DNA from: a virus
Lineage: Duplodnaviria; Caudoviricetes
DNA length: 46,437 nt
Direction: 5' to 3' (one strand)
IMG/VR virus record: IMGVR_UViG_3300032225_001531
Location: 1-46,437 of that record
Below, in pieces: positions 1 to 8,014 of this stretch (position 1 is its first letter; each line of letters starts with the position of its first letter). A program made the translations under genes and the position numbers. Under the pieces are notes generated by a model. That model saw only the letters and a program-made list of their open reading frames with translations. It was not told where the DNA came from and did not search any database.

Positions 1-243
1 CTGCTGCTCCTAAACCCGCTGCTGCTGCTCCTGCTGCTCCTAAACCCGCTGCTGCTGCTCCTGCTGCTCCTAAACCCGCTGCCGCTGCTCCTGCTGCTCC
101 TAAACCCGCTGCCGCTGCTCCTGCTGCTCCTAAACCCGCTGCTGCTGCTCCTGCTGCTCCTAAACCCGCTGCTGCTGCTCCTGCTGCTCCTAAACCCGCT
201 GCCGCTGCTCCTGCTGCTCCTAAACCCGCTGCTGCTCCTGCTG
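1..243 (+). repeat. 30-bp tandem repeat, about 8 copies, encoding PAAPKPAAAA
   Basis: ctgctgctcctaaacccgctgc(t/c)gctgctc repeated. Confidence 0.95.
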
Positions 244-566
244 CGTCATCTATTGCCACTACTGGATTTAAACTTGCTCAACAAGGTGTAGATCTTGCTC
301 AACCTAAAAAACAAAGTCTTGCATCACAAACAGCAGAACTTCGTGCTATGAGAAAAGCAGCTCAACAAAGTATTATTGCACAGGGTGGAACTCCAGCAAC
401 TCCATTGGTTCAAAGTTTTGATCCATTTGATGTTGTATTAGGTCATCTCATTGATGAAGGATATGCTGATACTGAAGAATCTGCACTCCAAATTATGGCA
501 AATATGAGTAATGAGTGGAGAGAAAGTATTGTTGAGGCAACCCCCGTACCACTTAAAAGAGTCTAA
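1..566 (+). CDS. 5'-truncated low-complexity (PAAPKPAAAA repeat) phage protein, probable virion/internal head protein
   Basis: Frame 3 is open from the window start into ORF 348..566. Its C-terminus (DPFDVVLGHLIDEGYADTEESALQIMANMS) resembles that of the next gene. Confidence 0.75.
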   Translation, partial: AAPKPAAAAPAAPKPAAAAPAAPKPAAAAPAAPKPAAAAPAAPKPAAAAPAAPKPAAAAPAAPKPAAAAPAAPKPAAAPAASSIATTGFKLAQQGVDLAQPKKQSLASQTAELRAMRKAAQQSIIAQGGTPATPLVQSFDPFDVVLGHLIDEGYADTEESALQIMANMSNEWRESIVEATPVPLKRV

Positions 567-594
567 TAGATAAACACTTTTCAAAGTATACACT

Positions 595-621
595 GGGAGG
601 TCGCAAGACCCCCCCTTTTTT
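595..621 (+). terminator. Rho-independent terminator
   Basis: gggaggtc-gcaa-gaccccccc followed by a T run. Confidence 0.75.
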
Positions 622-628
622 ATAAATA
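621..628 (+). promoter_or_regulatory. T4-type late promoter
   Basis: TATAAATA 30 nt upstream of ATG 659. Confidence 0.75.
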
Positions 629-658
629 ACTTTATAAAGAAAAGAAGTTTTATTAAAA

Positions 659-2128
659 ATGTCCAATCTATCGACAGAAGTTTTTGGAGATATGAATTAT
701 CTCTACCAAAATATTGCAAATAGAGATGTTGATCAACTTAACGAGAACTCTGAATATTATAATGAAGATTTTTCAGAACTTGTAGAAGATATAATTTCTA
801 CTGTTTCTTTGTCAATGATTCATGAAGGTTATAGTGCAAATGCAGTTTTATCGTTTCTTGCAGATTCACTAGAAGAAGATATTATTGAAAAATATTTAAG
901 TTTAGATGAAACTGTTATTGCAGAAAGCGTAGTTTCTGAAGAGTATATTCAAGAACAACTTGAAATTATTGATGAAGGTATTGGATCTGTTATTAAAATT
1001 TTAGGAAAAGGGTTGAAAGTAGGTGGTAAAGCAGTTGTAAGTAATTCTGGAACTGCAATTAAAGGTGCAGTTACTAAAGTAAAAGACATTGCTAAAGGTG
1101 CTAAAGCAGCATTAACAAGTCCAACTACTAAAAAAGTTGGTTTAGGTGCTTTAGGTCTAGGTGCTGCTACTGGAGCAGGTGCTATTGGTGGTTATACTGG
1201 AGCAAAAATTGCAGGATCTGGTAATGGTAAAGGATCTTCTCCAAATTCCGCAAGATCATCTGGTACACCTAATAATGATTTTGTAAAAGGTAGCAGTCTT
1301 GCTAAACTTGGTGGTAGAGAAGGTAGAATTAAAGATGGCGAATTTAGAACCATGGGATGGTCAAATGATTCTAGACAAAAATATAATAATGCATCTGAAG
1401 TAAAGGCACCAGCACCAACAAAACCCCCCGCTGCTACCGCTTCTAGTACTTCTAGTTCATCTGGTGGCGGAAGTTCTGCTGCAAAATCAGCAACTCCTGC
1501 AAAATCAGCAACTCCTGCAAAATCAGCAACTCCTGCAAAAACAAAAACATCTGATAAGGCACCTAAAGCAGAAGATCCAATGCAGAAGTGGGAAAGACTT
1601 CATCCAAAACTTGCTGCAGTAAAAGCAGAAAGAGATCGTACAAGAGGAACAAGTGCAACCACTAATCCTATGATGAAAGACATGAAATCAAATCTCCCTC
1701 CCCCATCTTCACCTTCTGCATCGACTGCAATGACTGGTTTTGGTCTTGCTAAGAAAGGAATTGATCTTTCTCCATCTTCACCTCCTACACCAACCACAGT
1801 AAGTGGTTTTGATCTTGCTAAGAAGGGGATTGATCTTTCTAATAAAAATACTCAGCAAAAACAAACTATTAGTTCTTCTTATGAGTATGATTCTTATGAT
1901 ATAGTTCTTGAGTATTTACTTAATGATGGACATGCTAAGACAATTTCTGAAGCAGAATATGTTATGACCGAACTTGATGAAAGTTTTGTTCAATCACTTA
2001 TTGAAAATTATGAAAGCAATCTTCTTGCAGAAGAAGTTGAAGCATGGGTAAATGAACTTGTAGATGAAGGTTATGATCTTTCAGAGTACTCTTGGGATGA
2101 TATGGTTGATTATTACTTTAGTAATTGA
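659..2128 (+). CDS. Low-complexity phage protein with acidic termini and Ala/Gly/Lys/Pro-rich core, probable virion/internal protein
   Basis: 489 aa; late promoter; (AKSATP)x3 and GFxLAKKGIDLS x2 repeats; EGY-containing acidic modules. Confidence 0.65.
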   Translation: MSNLSTEVFGDMNYLYQNIANRDVDQLNENSEYYNEDFSELVEDIISTVSLSMIHEGYSANAVLSFLADSLEEDIIEKYLSLDETVIAESVVSEEYIQEQLEIIDEGIGSVIKILGKGLKVGGKAVVSNSGTAIKGAVTKVKDIAKGAKAALTSPTTKKVGLGALGLGAATGAGAIGGYTGAKIAGSGNGKGSSPNSARSSGTPNNDFVKGSSLAKLGGREGRIKDGEFRTMGWSNDSRQKYNNASEVKAPAPTKPPAATASSTSSSSGGGSSAAKSATPAKSATPAKSATPAKTKTSDKAPKAEDPMQKWERLHPKLAAVKAERDRTRGTSATTNPMMKDMKSNLPPPSSPSASTAMTGFGLAKKGIDLSPSSPPTPTTVSGFDLAKKGIDLSNKNTQQKQTISSSYEYDSYDIVLEYLLNDGHAKTISEAEYVMTELDESFVQSLIENYESNLLAEEVEAWVNELVDEGYDLSEYSWDDMVDYYFSN

Positions 2129-2149
2129 TAAGATTATAACATAATCCTA

Positions 2150-2175
2150 GGGGGCTTGACAAGTCCCCTTTTTTT
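2150..2175 (+). terminator. Rho-independent terminator overlapping a TTGACA box
   Basis: gggggctt-gac-aagtcccc + T run. Confidence 0.75.
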
Positions 2176-2211
2176 GTGTAGACTAGGTTTGTCGCCTTTG
2201 AAGATGAGGCT

Positions 2212-2637
2212 TTAGATAAGCTTAGAAGACTTAAGAACCAATTCGTAAATCCTATCTACTTCACTACTAAAGAACTTTCCTTCAATATTCGTATTATAAT
2301 ACTCTTCACTTAATAATACGTTACGAATAAATTGTTCATAAGTTTCATAATAACTCATTGATTTCTTATGAGGACATAGGTAGAGTATTTCACGAAGAAA
2401 ATGTTCTCTACCTAAGTTTTTTACATCTTCATTAAGTTCATCACAAGATCCGAAGTAATTTGTCCAATCACTTTCTCTAGTTTTTCTTCTTCCAGTCTTT
2501 CTATCCTTTTGTCTTGTCCAGAAATGTTTTTTACCAATATATTTTTTATTGTTAATAAGATTTGTAATTAAATAAACAAATCCTTCCATTTCTTTAAGAA
2601 CATCGGTAAAGTCCTCTCCGTTATATTGCCAATTCAT
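2212..2637 (-). CDS. GIY-YIG nuclease, T4 endonuclease II-like
   Basis: GFVYLITN...KKYIGKK motif, Y-F-G-S, E-x-x-E-Q and YYN motifs. Confidence 0.8.
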   Translation of the reverse strand: MNWQYNGEDFTDVLKEMEGFVYLITNLINNKKYIGKKHFWTRQKDRKTGRRKTRESDWTNYFGSCDELNEDVKNLGREHFLREILYLCPHKKSMSYYETYEQFIRNVLLSEEYYNTNIEGKFFSSEVDRIYELVLKSSKLI

Positions 2638-2721
2638 AAGAACTTTTTATTGAATTATTTAGATTTGCATTTGAAGGTGAAAGGTGGTAGACTTGAGAAA
2701 ATCAATCATTTTCTAAATACT

Positions 2722-2922
2722 ATGGTGACACTTGAATCCACACTTCGCAAATCGCATGACTGGGCAATTGACCGTATGCATTTCTTGTATGAAATGGGAG
2801 ATTATGATTCTGCCGAGGCAATTCAATCAGAGTTTAGTGAGTGGTTGAATCCAGATATTCCAGAGCATGATATTTTTTCACTAATGTTTATAGGAGAATC
2901 CGATGAAAGTAGATCTTCATAA
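2722..2922 (+). CDS. Hypothetical protein
   Basis: ATG 2722 just after CTAAATA; overlaps the next gene. Confidence 0.6.
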   Translation: MVTLESTLRKSHDWAIDRMHFLYEMGDYDSAEAIQSEFSEWLNPDIPEHDIFSLMFIGESDESRSS

Positions 2923-3598
2923 CTTTTTTAAATATTTTGATTCAAAAAATCCAAAGCATGTTGCAGCAGTAGATCAATTACAAAAAGATCTAGAGCAAAA
3001 GCAACCGGATTTAATTCAAGATGAATCTAATTGGGTTAGAATATTCAGAGAAAAAGTACCGGCACAAATACAGACTGGAGTTTTAAAGGTTCCATATTAT
3101 CCTCAAACGGATAACTATAGAGATGCCAGTAGAACTTGCAACTCTTCTTCTTGTGCGATGGTGTTAGAGTTCCTAAAACCAGGGACACTCAAAGGTATAC
3201 AGGGAGATGATGCATATATTCAAAAAGTATTTGCAGTTGGTGATACAACAGATCATGCAGTACAAACTCGCGTTCTTCAGACTTATGGTGTTAATTCCGA
3301 ATTTAATTACAATCTTGGTTTTTCTGATCTTGATAAAAGTTTATCTGCTGGAAAACCAGTTGTGATTGGAATTCTTCATAGAGGTTCTTTGTCTAATCCT
3401 AGTGGAGGACATATGGTTGTAGTGATTGGTAAAAGTGGTGACAATTATATTGTAAATGATCCTTATGGATCTTTAAATGATGGATATACTGGTGCAGTAC
3501 TTAATGGTAAAGGTGCTGTATATAAGAAATCTGAACTTGCTCAAAGATGGTTGGATAATGGAAAAGATAAAACCGGATGGGGTAGGATTTTTAAATGA
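2903..3598 (+). CDS. C39-like cysteine peptidase (putative cell-wall peptidase)
   Basis: VPYYPQTD...TCNSSSCAM (catalytic Cys), GGHMVVVIG (His), VNDP (Asp). Confidence 0.8.
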   Translation: MKVDLHNFFKYFDSKNPKHVAAVDQLQKDLEQKQPDLIQDESNWVRIFREKVPAQIQTGVLKVPYYPQTDNYRDASRTCNSSSCAMVLEFLKPGTLKGIQGDDAYIQKVFAVGDTTDHAVQTRVLQTYGVNSEFNYNLGFSDLDKSLSAGKPVVIGILHRGSLSNPSGGHMVVVIGKSGDNYIVNDPYGSLNDGYTGAVLNGKGAVYKKSELAQRWLDNGKDKTGWGRIFK

Positions 3599-4056
3599 CT
3601 CTAACAGCAGGAATAAATTTAATTAAAAAATTTGAAGGTTGTGTATTAAAATCATATCCAGATCCTGCAACTGGTGGACTTCCTATTACAATTGGTTGGG
3701 GATCTACCAAAGATACTCATGGAAAACCATTTGGATTGGGAGCAAAAATTACTCAAGAGCAGGCAGATACCTTATTGAATTATACAGTAGATCATGAATA
3801 TCTTCCGGTACTTTCAAAGATACCTTATTGGGCGCAAATGAATGACAATCAGAAAGGAGCACTTCTATCATTTGCATACAATCTTGGTGCGGGATTCTAT
3901 GGATCTTCTAATTTTAATACCCTGACTAGAGTTCTCAAAAATAAAGAGTGGAGTAAAGTTCCTGATGCTCTTTATCTCTATAGGAATCCTGGAAGTAATG
4001 TGGAAGCAGGACTCGCCCGTAGAAGAAAGGCGGAAGGTGATTTGTGGAAAAAATAA
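3595..4056 (+). CDS. GH24 phage lysozyme (endolysin)
   Basis: LIKKFEG...YPD...TIGWGST, ALLSFAYNLG, GLARRRKAE. Confidence 0.92.
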   Translation: MTLTAGINLIKKFEGCVLKSYPDPATGGLPITIGWGSTKDTHGKPFGLGAKITQEQADTLLNYTVDHEYLPVLSKIPYWAQMNDNQKGALLSFAYNLGAGFYGSSNFNTLTRVLKNKEWSKVPDALYLYRNPGSNVEAGLARRRKAEGDLWKK

Positions 4057-4077
4057 AATTGGGCAAGTAAAAGGTAG

Positions 4078-4188
4078 TTATTCTTTATTTTCTATCTTAT
4101 CTAAAAGAAGTATATAAACCATAAAACCCATGGTTCCTGAAAGTACCACTCCCAAACCAATAATTATGTCCCAAGGAATTTCATTCAT
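4078..4188 (-). CDS. Small single-pass membrane protein (36 aa; not in ORF track)
   Basis: MNEIPWDIIIGLGVVLSGTMGFMVYILLLDKIENKE*; start overlaps the stop of 4181..4381. Confidence 0.55.
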   Translation of the reverse strand: MNEIPWDIIIGLGVVLSGTMGFMVYILLLDKIENKE

Positions 4189-4381
4189 TCCATCCTTCCT
4201 CCTGTTCGTGTATCCATATTTTTAAATTTTTAACGTAATTTCGTAATATCTGTGCCTGTTCTTCGTGCCAAGAATCACCCGTTTCTAAGTGAAGACGGAT
4301 ATGATTATCTATGGCTTTAAGAATTTGGTGAATGGGTTTATTCCAACATTCGCGCTTAGGTGTATCAAAGGTACGAGACAT
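4181..4381 (-). CDS. Hypothetical protein
   Basis: 66-aa ORF filling the intergenic space. Confidence 0.6.
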   Translation of the reverse strand: MSRTFDTPKRECWNKPIHQILKAIDNHIRLHLETGDSWHEEQAQILRNYVKNLKIWIHEQEEGWNE

Positions 4382-4438
4382 TATTTTATGTCTTTTTAAA
4401 TATTTATGCTATAATGATAAAAGTTTACACTAATTTTT

Positions 4439-4651
4439 ATGACTGAACAGCAAGAACATCTTACAAATCTTTTGCAGCAAAGGCAACAACTCTCTCAAGA
4501 GATTGAATCTATTCAGGGACAAGCAACATTGAAAAAGGAACTTTACTTTAAAGTGCAAGGAGTTATTGAATACTTGACTCAACTTGGTGTCGTGCTTCCC
4601 GAACCAGAAGATCTAGAAGATCCAGTTGAGGAAGTGTCTGAGGAGTATTGA
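4439..4651 (+). CDS. Hypothetical coiled-coil protein
   Basis: 70 aa; TGcTATAAT extended -10 upstream. Confidence 0.65.
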   Translation: MTEQQEHLTNLLQQRQQLSQEIESIQGQATLKKELYFKVQGVIEYLTQLGVVLPEPEDLEDPVEEVSEEY

Positions 4652-4676
4652 CAGATTCTAAATAGTATCTTATTAT
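4648..4676 (+). promoter_or_regulatory. sigma70-like promoter with an embedded late-type CTAAATA
   Basis: TTGACA 4648, 17-nt spacer, TATTAT 4671. Confidence 0.6.
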
Positions 4677-4803
4677 GAAACTTCCCTAAAACACAGGGAT
4701 TACATCATTAGATTTTGATGTGAAAATTAGAGCCGTGGAAGGTGCCTCCCGAGAGGGTTGGTATACCCCCCTTCTATACGGATGTAGAATTCAATTAACC
4801 TAA

Positions 4804-5466
4804 ATGCAAAATGTTTTTACAGTAGCCCTGCCCCTTTTGGCATCGGTTACAACCAGTACGGCAACACTGCCTAGCGTGTTTCCTCCTCCATCTGCAATGC
4901 GTTCCTCAACCATTACAGATTCTGCACCATTCATTATTATTCAAGAGGAGCCTACATTAAAGACAGCGACCAAAGAGGTTGCTCCCGAAAAACCAAAAGA
5001 GAAAAGACTAGTCTGTAAAGGATGTAATGATTATGAATCTAAAACTTTAGATTTTCTTCAGAATAGAGGAATCTATGACAAAAATGCTCTTGCTACTATC
5101 ATGGGCAACATCAAACAGGAATCTACCTTTGTTCCTAATATCTGTGAAGGTGGTGCAAGAGTTTCCTATTATAATTGTAGGAGTGGTGGGTTTGGATTAC
5201 TTCAGTGGACTGATCATGTAAGATACAATGGTTTAGGACGACATGCTGATAAGATTGGAGCAAATCCTTCTTCAATTGAAACACAATTAGATTATATGCT
5301 AATTGAATCTGACTGGAAAATGATTGAAAAACACATGAAAAGACCAGGAGGAACAATTGGTGATTATATGAATCTTGCTCGTACCTGGATTCGTTGGGGT
5401 CATACTGGTTCTCGAACCTCATATGCCTATGATTATGCAAATCGATTAGTTCAAGTGGAAATTTAA
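4804..5466 (+). CDS. Phage tail lysozyme (Phage_lysozyme2-like) with N-terminal signal-like segment
   Basis: ATIMGNIKQES, GFGLLQWT...R motifs. Confidence 0.75.
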   Translation: MQNVFTVALPLLASVTTSTATLPSVFPPPSAMRSSTITDSAPFIIIQEEPTLKTATKEVAPEKPKEKRLVCKGCNDYESKTLDFLQNRGIYDKNALATIMGNIKQESTFVPNICEGGARVSYYNCRSGGFGLLQWTDHVRYNGLGRHADKIGANPSSIETQLDYMLIESDWKMIEKHMKRPGGTIGDYMNLARTWIRWGHTGSRTSYAYDYANRLVQVEI

Positions 5467-5544
5467 TTGATTTAAAATAGTTTAGAGAGGGCATTTCCTC
5501 TCTTTTCTTGTATATATAAACACATACCTATATTAAGGAAAATT

Positions 5545-5751
5545 ATGTCAGAATTAGTAAAAGGAACAGTAGAGCAAATTGCAGATGCAGTTGCAGAGTG
5601 GAAAGTTGAAGATGAAAAGTTTGTTGCAGGTAATAATGCTGCAGGAACTCGTGCTCGTAAAGCACTTCAAGAAATTTCTAGACTTGTAAAAGTTCGTCGG
5701 GGCGAAATTAGTGAGGAAAAGACTATCCGCAAGGAAGAGAAGGATAGTTGA
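5545..5751 (+). CDS. Small Hc1/histone-H1-like family protein
   Basis: KFVAGNNAAGTRARKALQEI motif. Confidence 0.55.
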   Translation: MSELVKGTVEQIADAVAEWKVEDEKFVAGNNAAGTRARKALQEISRLVKVRRGEISEEKTIRKEEKDS

Positions 5752-5784
5752 TAAATATGGGAGAGTAGTTTAATTCATTTTCTT

Positions 5785-6216
5785 ATGTTCAATTTTAATT
5801 TTGGAAATAAGAAACCTGATATAAAAAAATATGCAATTATAGGAATTGTATTAACTTCTATAATCGCAGCACTCTCCCAATGCACTCATCTTAAAGAAGA
5901 TTTTATTTGGGATTTACTTGATGAGGGTCAAAGAGAGTACTTTCCAAAAACTATTATTAACGATTTTATAATCAAAGATCCTGAAAAATTAAACAGAAGA
6001 GTCCATAGGGACATAGATAGAGCAATAGATCGAGTCACTCCAGAATATGATCGCATTATTAAAGAAGCGGATAAAAAGTATCAACCGAGATATGTTGAAG
6101 AAAAGAATGATGAGAGTGAGTGCTATACTGATGATTGTAAAGCACTTGCCCCTCCTATGAGGATTTGTGCCCCTTGGGTTGATGACTGCCCTAAAGAGGT
6201 TGACATTCTCCCCTAA
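5785..6216 (+). CDS. Hypothetical membrane-anchored protein
   Basis: N-terminal hydrophobic helix; Cys-rich C-terminus; ATAAATA upstream. Confidence 0.65.
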   Translation: MFNFNFGNKKPDIKKYAIIGIVLTSIIAALSQCTHLKEDFIWDLLDEGQREYFPKTIINDFIIKDPEKLNRRVHRDIDRAIDRVTPEYDRIIKEADKKYQPRYVEEKNDESECYTDDCKALAPPMRICAPWVDDCPKEVDILP

Positions 6217-6228
6217 AGGTGTTATGAT
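6200..6228 (+). promoter_or_regulatory. sigma70-like promoter for tRNA-Arg
   Basis: TTGACA-17-TATGAT. Confidence 0.75.
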
Positions 6229-6291
6229 TTAAAAGTCAGAGATTCGGGGATCCACCCTTTTCCTGATAGTGGTAGAATTCTGCCATACCTT

Positions 6292-6365
6292 GCCTCAGTA
6301 ACTCAGTGGATTAGAGTATCCGGTTTCTACCCGGTTAGCCGCAGGTTCGAATCCTGCCTGAGGCG
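6292..6365 (+). tRNA. tRNA-Arg(TCT)
   Basis: Acceptor GCCTCAG/CTGAGGC, anticodon loop TTTCTAC, T-loop TTCGAAT. Confidence 0.92.
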
Positions 6366-6407
6366 TTAAGATTTTTTGAAAAAAAGTCTTATAAATAAAA
6401 TATACTT

Positions 6408-6546
6408 GTTGAATAGAAATGTCCCGCTTAGTCTCAAAACCCGAATTCGATTATCCACTCGGCAATCTGTCCGATTGGAATCGTTGCGGGCATATTGCGG
6501 CGCAGTTTCCCCCGACTTTTATGAAAAAATAGTAAATCTATTCAAT
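6408..6546 (+). ncRNA. Structured small RNA, possibly abiF-motif-like
   Basis: Nested stems gttgaataga/tctattcaat, atgtcccgc/gcgggcat and cgatt-tcca-tcgg/ccga-tgga-atcg; late promoter TATAAATA 6390; terminator 6556-6592. Confidence 0.55.
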
Positions 6547-6555
6547 CATAAAAGT

Positions 6556-6592
6556 AAAAGGGGGAGAAACCAAAAGTTCTCTCCCTTTTTTA
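6556..6592 (+). terminator. Rho-independent terminator
   Basis: aaaagggggagaa...ttctctcccttttt. Confidence 0.8.
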
Positions 6593-6715
6593 TTGGTTAT
6601 GACAGTTTCTCAAGTGTCCACTAATCACTCCAAACGGTCTGAAAGGTGGTAAATTAATCAGGTGGTCGAGAGATCGCACAGCACATTGACAATTAAATAG
6701 AAATCCTTTATTATT

Positions 6716-6787
6716 GGGTCGTTGGCAGATCGGTTTATGCACCCGGCTTTTAACCGGTAGAGAGAGGTTCAACTCCTCTACGACCCA
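6716..6787 (+). tRNA. tRNA-Lys(TTT)
   Basis: GGGTCGT/ACGACCC, loop CTTTTAA. Confidence 0.9.
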
Positions 6788-6790
6788 TAT

Positions 6791-6881
6791 GGGAGAGTGG
6801 CTACTGTCGGCAATATGTGTAGTCCGTGTCTGTAAAACACGTACATAAGAACCATCGGGGGTTCGATTCCCTCCTCTCTCA
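6791..6881 (+). tRNA. tRNA-Tyr(GTA), enlarged D-loop
   Basis: GGGAGAG/CTCTCTC, cgtgt-CTGTAAA-acacg, long variable region. Confidence 0.85.
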
Positions 6882-6883
6882 CT

Positions 6884-6935
6884 TAGATGATTCAGCAATT
6901 CTTACTTTCTTTTTGGTAGAAAAAACAATCATCTA
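6884..6935 (+). ncRNA. CAGCAA hairpin element 1
   Basis: TAGATGATT/AATCATCTA stem, CAGCAA, inner tttct-TTTTGGT-agaaa. Confidence 0.75.
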
Positions 6936-6941
6936 GTTTAC

Positions 6942-7015
<74 letters not shown>

Positions 7016-7016
7016 C

Positions 7017-7087
7017 GGGGGATTAGTTTAGTGGTAAAACGGATGCTTTGCAAGCATTTGTCACCAGTTCGACTCTGGTATTCTCCA
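7017..7087 (+). tRNA. tRNA-Ala(TGC)
   Basis: G3:U70, loop TTTGCAA. Confidence 0.9.
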
Positions 7088-7090
7088 CTT

Positions 7091-7165
7091 GCGGAATTAG
7101 TTCAGTGGTAGAACGCAACCTTGCCAAGGTTGATGTCATCGGTTCAAATCCGATATTTCGCTCCA
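7091..7165 (+). tRNA. tRNA-Gly(GCC)
   Basis: GCGGAAT/ATTCCGC, loop TTGCCAA, encoded CCA. Confidence 0.93.
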
Positions 7166-7168
7166 TTT

Positions 7169-7241
7169 GGCCTCTTAACTCAGCGGTTAGAGTGTCTGCC
7201 TGTCTAGCAGAAAGTCAGGGGTTCAAATCCCCTAGAGGTCG
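7169..7241 (+). tRNA. tRNA-Asp(GTC)
   Basis: tctgc-CTGTCTA-gcaga, G73. Confidence 0.9.
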
Positions 7242-7323
7242 TCGTCCCTATACTTTTTCAGTTTTGTATGTGGGCAGTATTGATAAACTGATAGAAATAT
7301 CTCTTATGAGAGATATTTCTTAT

Positions 7324-7406
7324 GGAGAGAGTCCGGTTGGTCGAGGGAGCAATCTTGAAAATTGTCGGGTGTTAAAGCCTCGCAGGTTCGATTCCTGTTC
7401 TCTCCG
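7324..7406 (+). tRNA. tRNA-Ser(TGA)
   Basis: GGAGAGA/TCTCTCC, loop CTTGAAA, long variable arm. Confidence 0.88.
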
Positions 7407-7409
7407 CTT

Positions 7410-7485
7410 GGCGTAGTAGACAAATTGGTAAAGTCACCATCCTTTCAAGATGGATATTTTGCGGGTTCGATGCCCGTCTACGCTT
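7410..7485 (+). tRNA. tRNA-Glu(TTC)
   Basis: ccatc-CTTTCAA-gatgg. Confidence 0.87.
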
Positions 7486-7511
7486 CTTGCTTCTTTATGA
7501 AGCATTTTTAT

Positions 7512-7583
7512 TCCCCTGTAGCTCAGCGGTAGAGTCGTCGGCTGTTAACCGATTTGTCGCAAGTTCGAATCTTGCCGGGGGAG
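7512..7583 (+). tRNA. tRNA-Asn(GTT)
   Basis: TCCCCTG/CGGGGGA, loop CTGTTAA. Confidence 0.93.
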
Positions 7584-7604
7584 TTGAAGGTATATCCTTC
7601 ATAT

Positions 7605-7681
7605 CTGGGAGTAGCTCAGTTTGGTAGAGCTGGGTGTTTGGAACGCTCAAGTCGCAGGTTCAAATCCTGCCTCTCAGACCA
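7605..7681 (+). tRNA. tRNA-Pro(TGG)
   Basis: CTGGGAG/CTCTCAG, loop TTTGGAA, encoded CCA. Confidence 0.9.
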
Positions 7682-7682
7682 C

Positions 7683-7756
7683 GGGAACATGGTGTAGGTT
7701 GGTCGGCACGTATGTCTGAAGAACATGAGGTCACAGTTCAATTCTGTGTGTTCCCA
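7683..7756 (+). tRNA. tRNA-Phe(GAA)
   Basis: GGGAACA/TGTTCCC, loop CTGAAGA. Confidence 0.87.
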
Positions 7757-7761
7757 CTCAT

Positions 7762-7833
7762 AGGAATATAGCTCAATGGTTAGAGCAATCGGTTGATAAC
7801 CGATAGATTCCAGTTCAAATCTGGGTATTCCTA
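7762..7833 (+). tRNA. tRNA-Ile(GAT)
   Basis: atcgg-TTGATAA-ccgat. Confidence 0.9.
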
Positions 7834-7851
7834 TTCCCGAAAGGGATTTAA

Positions 7852-7935
7852 GGTGAGTTGGCAGAATGGTAATTGCAAAAGTTTGCTAAACTTTCGGGTT
7901 AATATCCCATATAGGTTCGACCCCTATACTCACCG
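7852..7935 (+). tRNA. tRNA-Ser(GCT)
   Basis: GGTGAGT/ACTCACC, loop TTGCTAA, variable arm. Confidence 0.88.
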
Positions 7936-7939
7936 CCTT

Positions 7940-8012
7940 GGTTGTATAGTTCAGTTGGTAGAACGCTTCTCTCATAAGGAAGTCGTCGGTGGTTCAATTC
8001 CACCTACAGCCA
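7940..8012 (+). tRNA. tRNA-Met(CAT) elongator (or Ile2)
   Basis: GGTTGTA/TACAGCC, loop CTCATAA. Confidence 0.87.
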
Positions 8013-8014
8013 CT

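Noticed and set aside
1-243. 30-bp repeat as CRISPR or origin iterons
   Set aside because: No spacers; length is a multiple of 3 and in frame, with variation only at a synonymous position.
6236-6286. Possible tRNA upstream of tRNA-Arg(TCT)
   Set aside because: Only short hairpins; no T-loop or cloverleaf.
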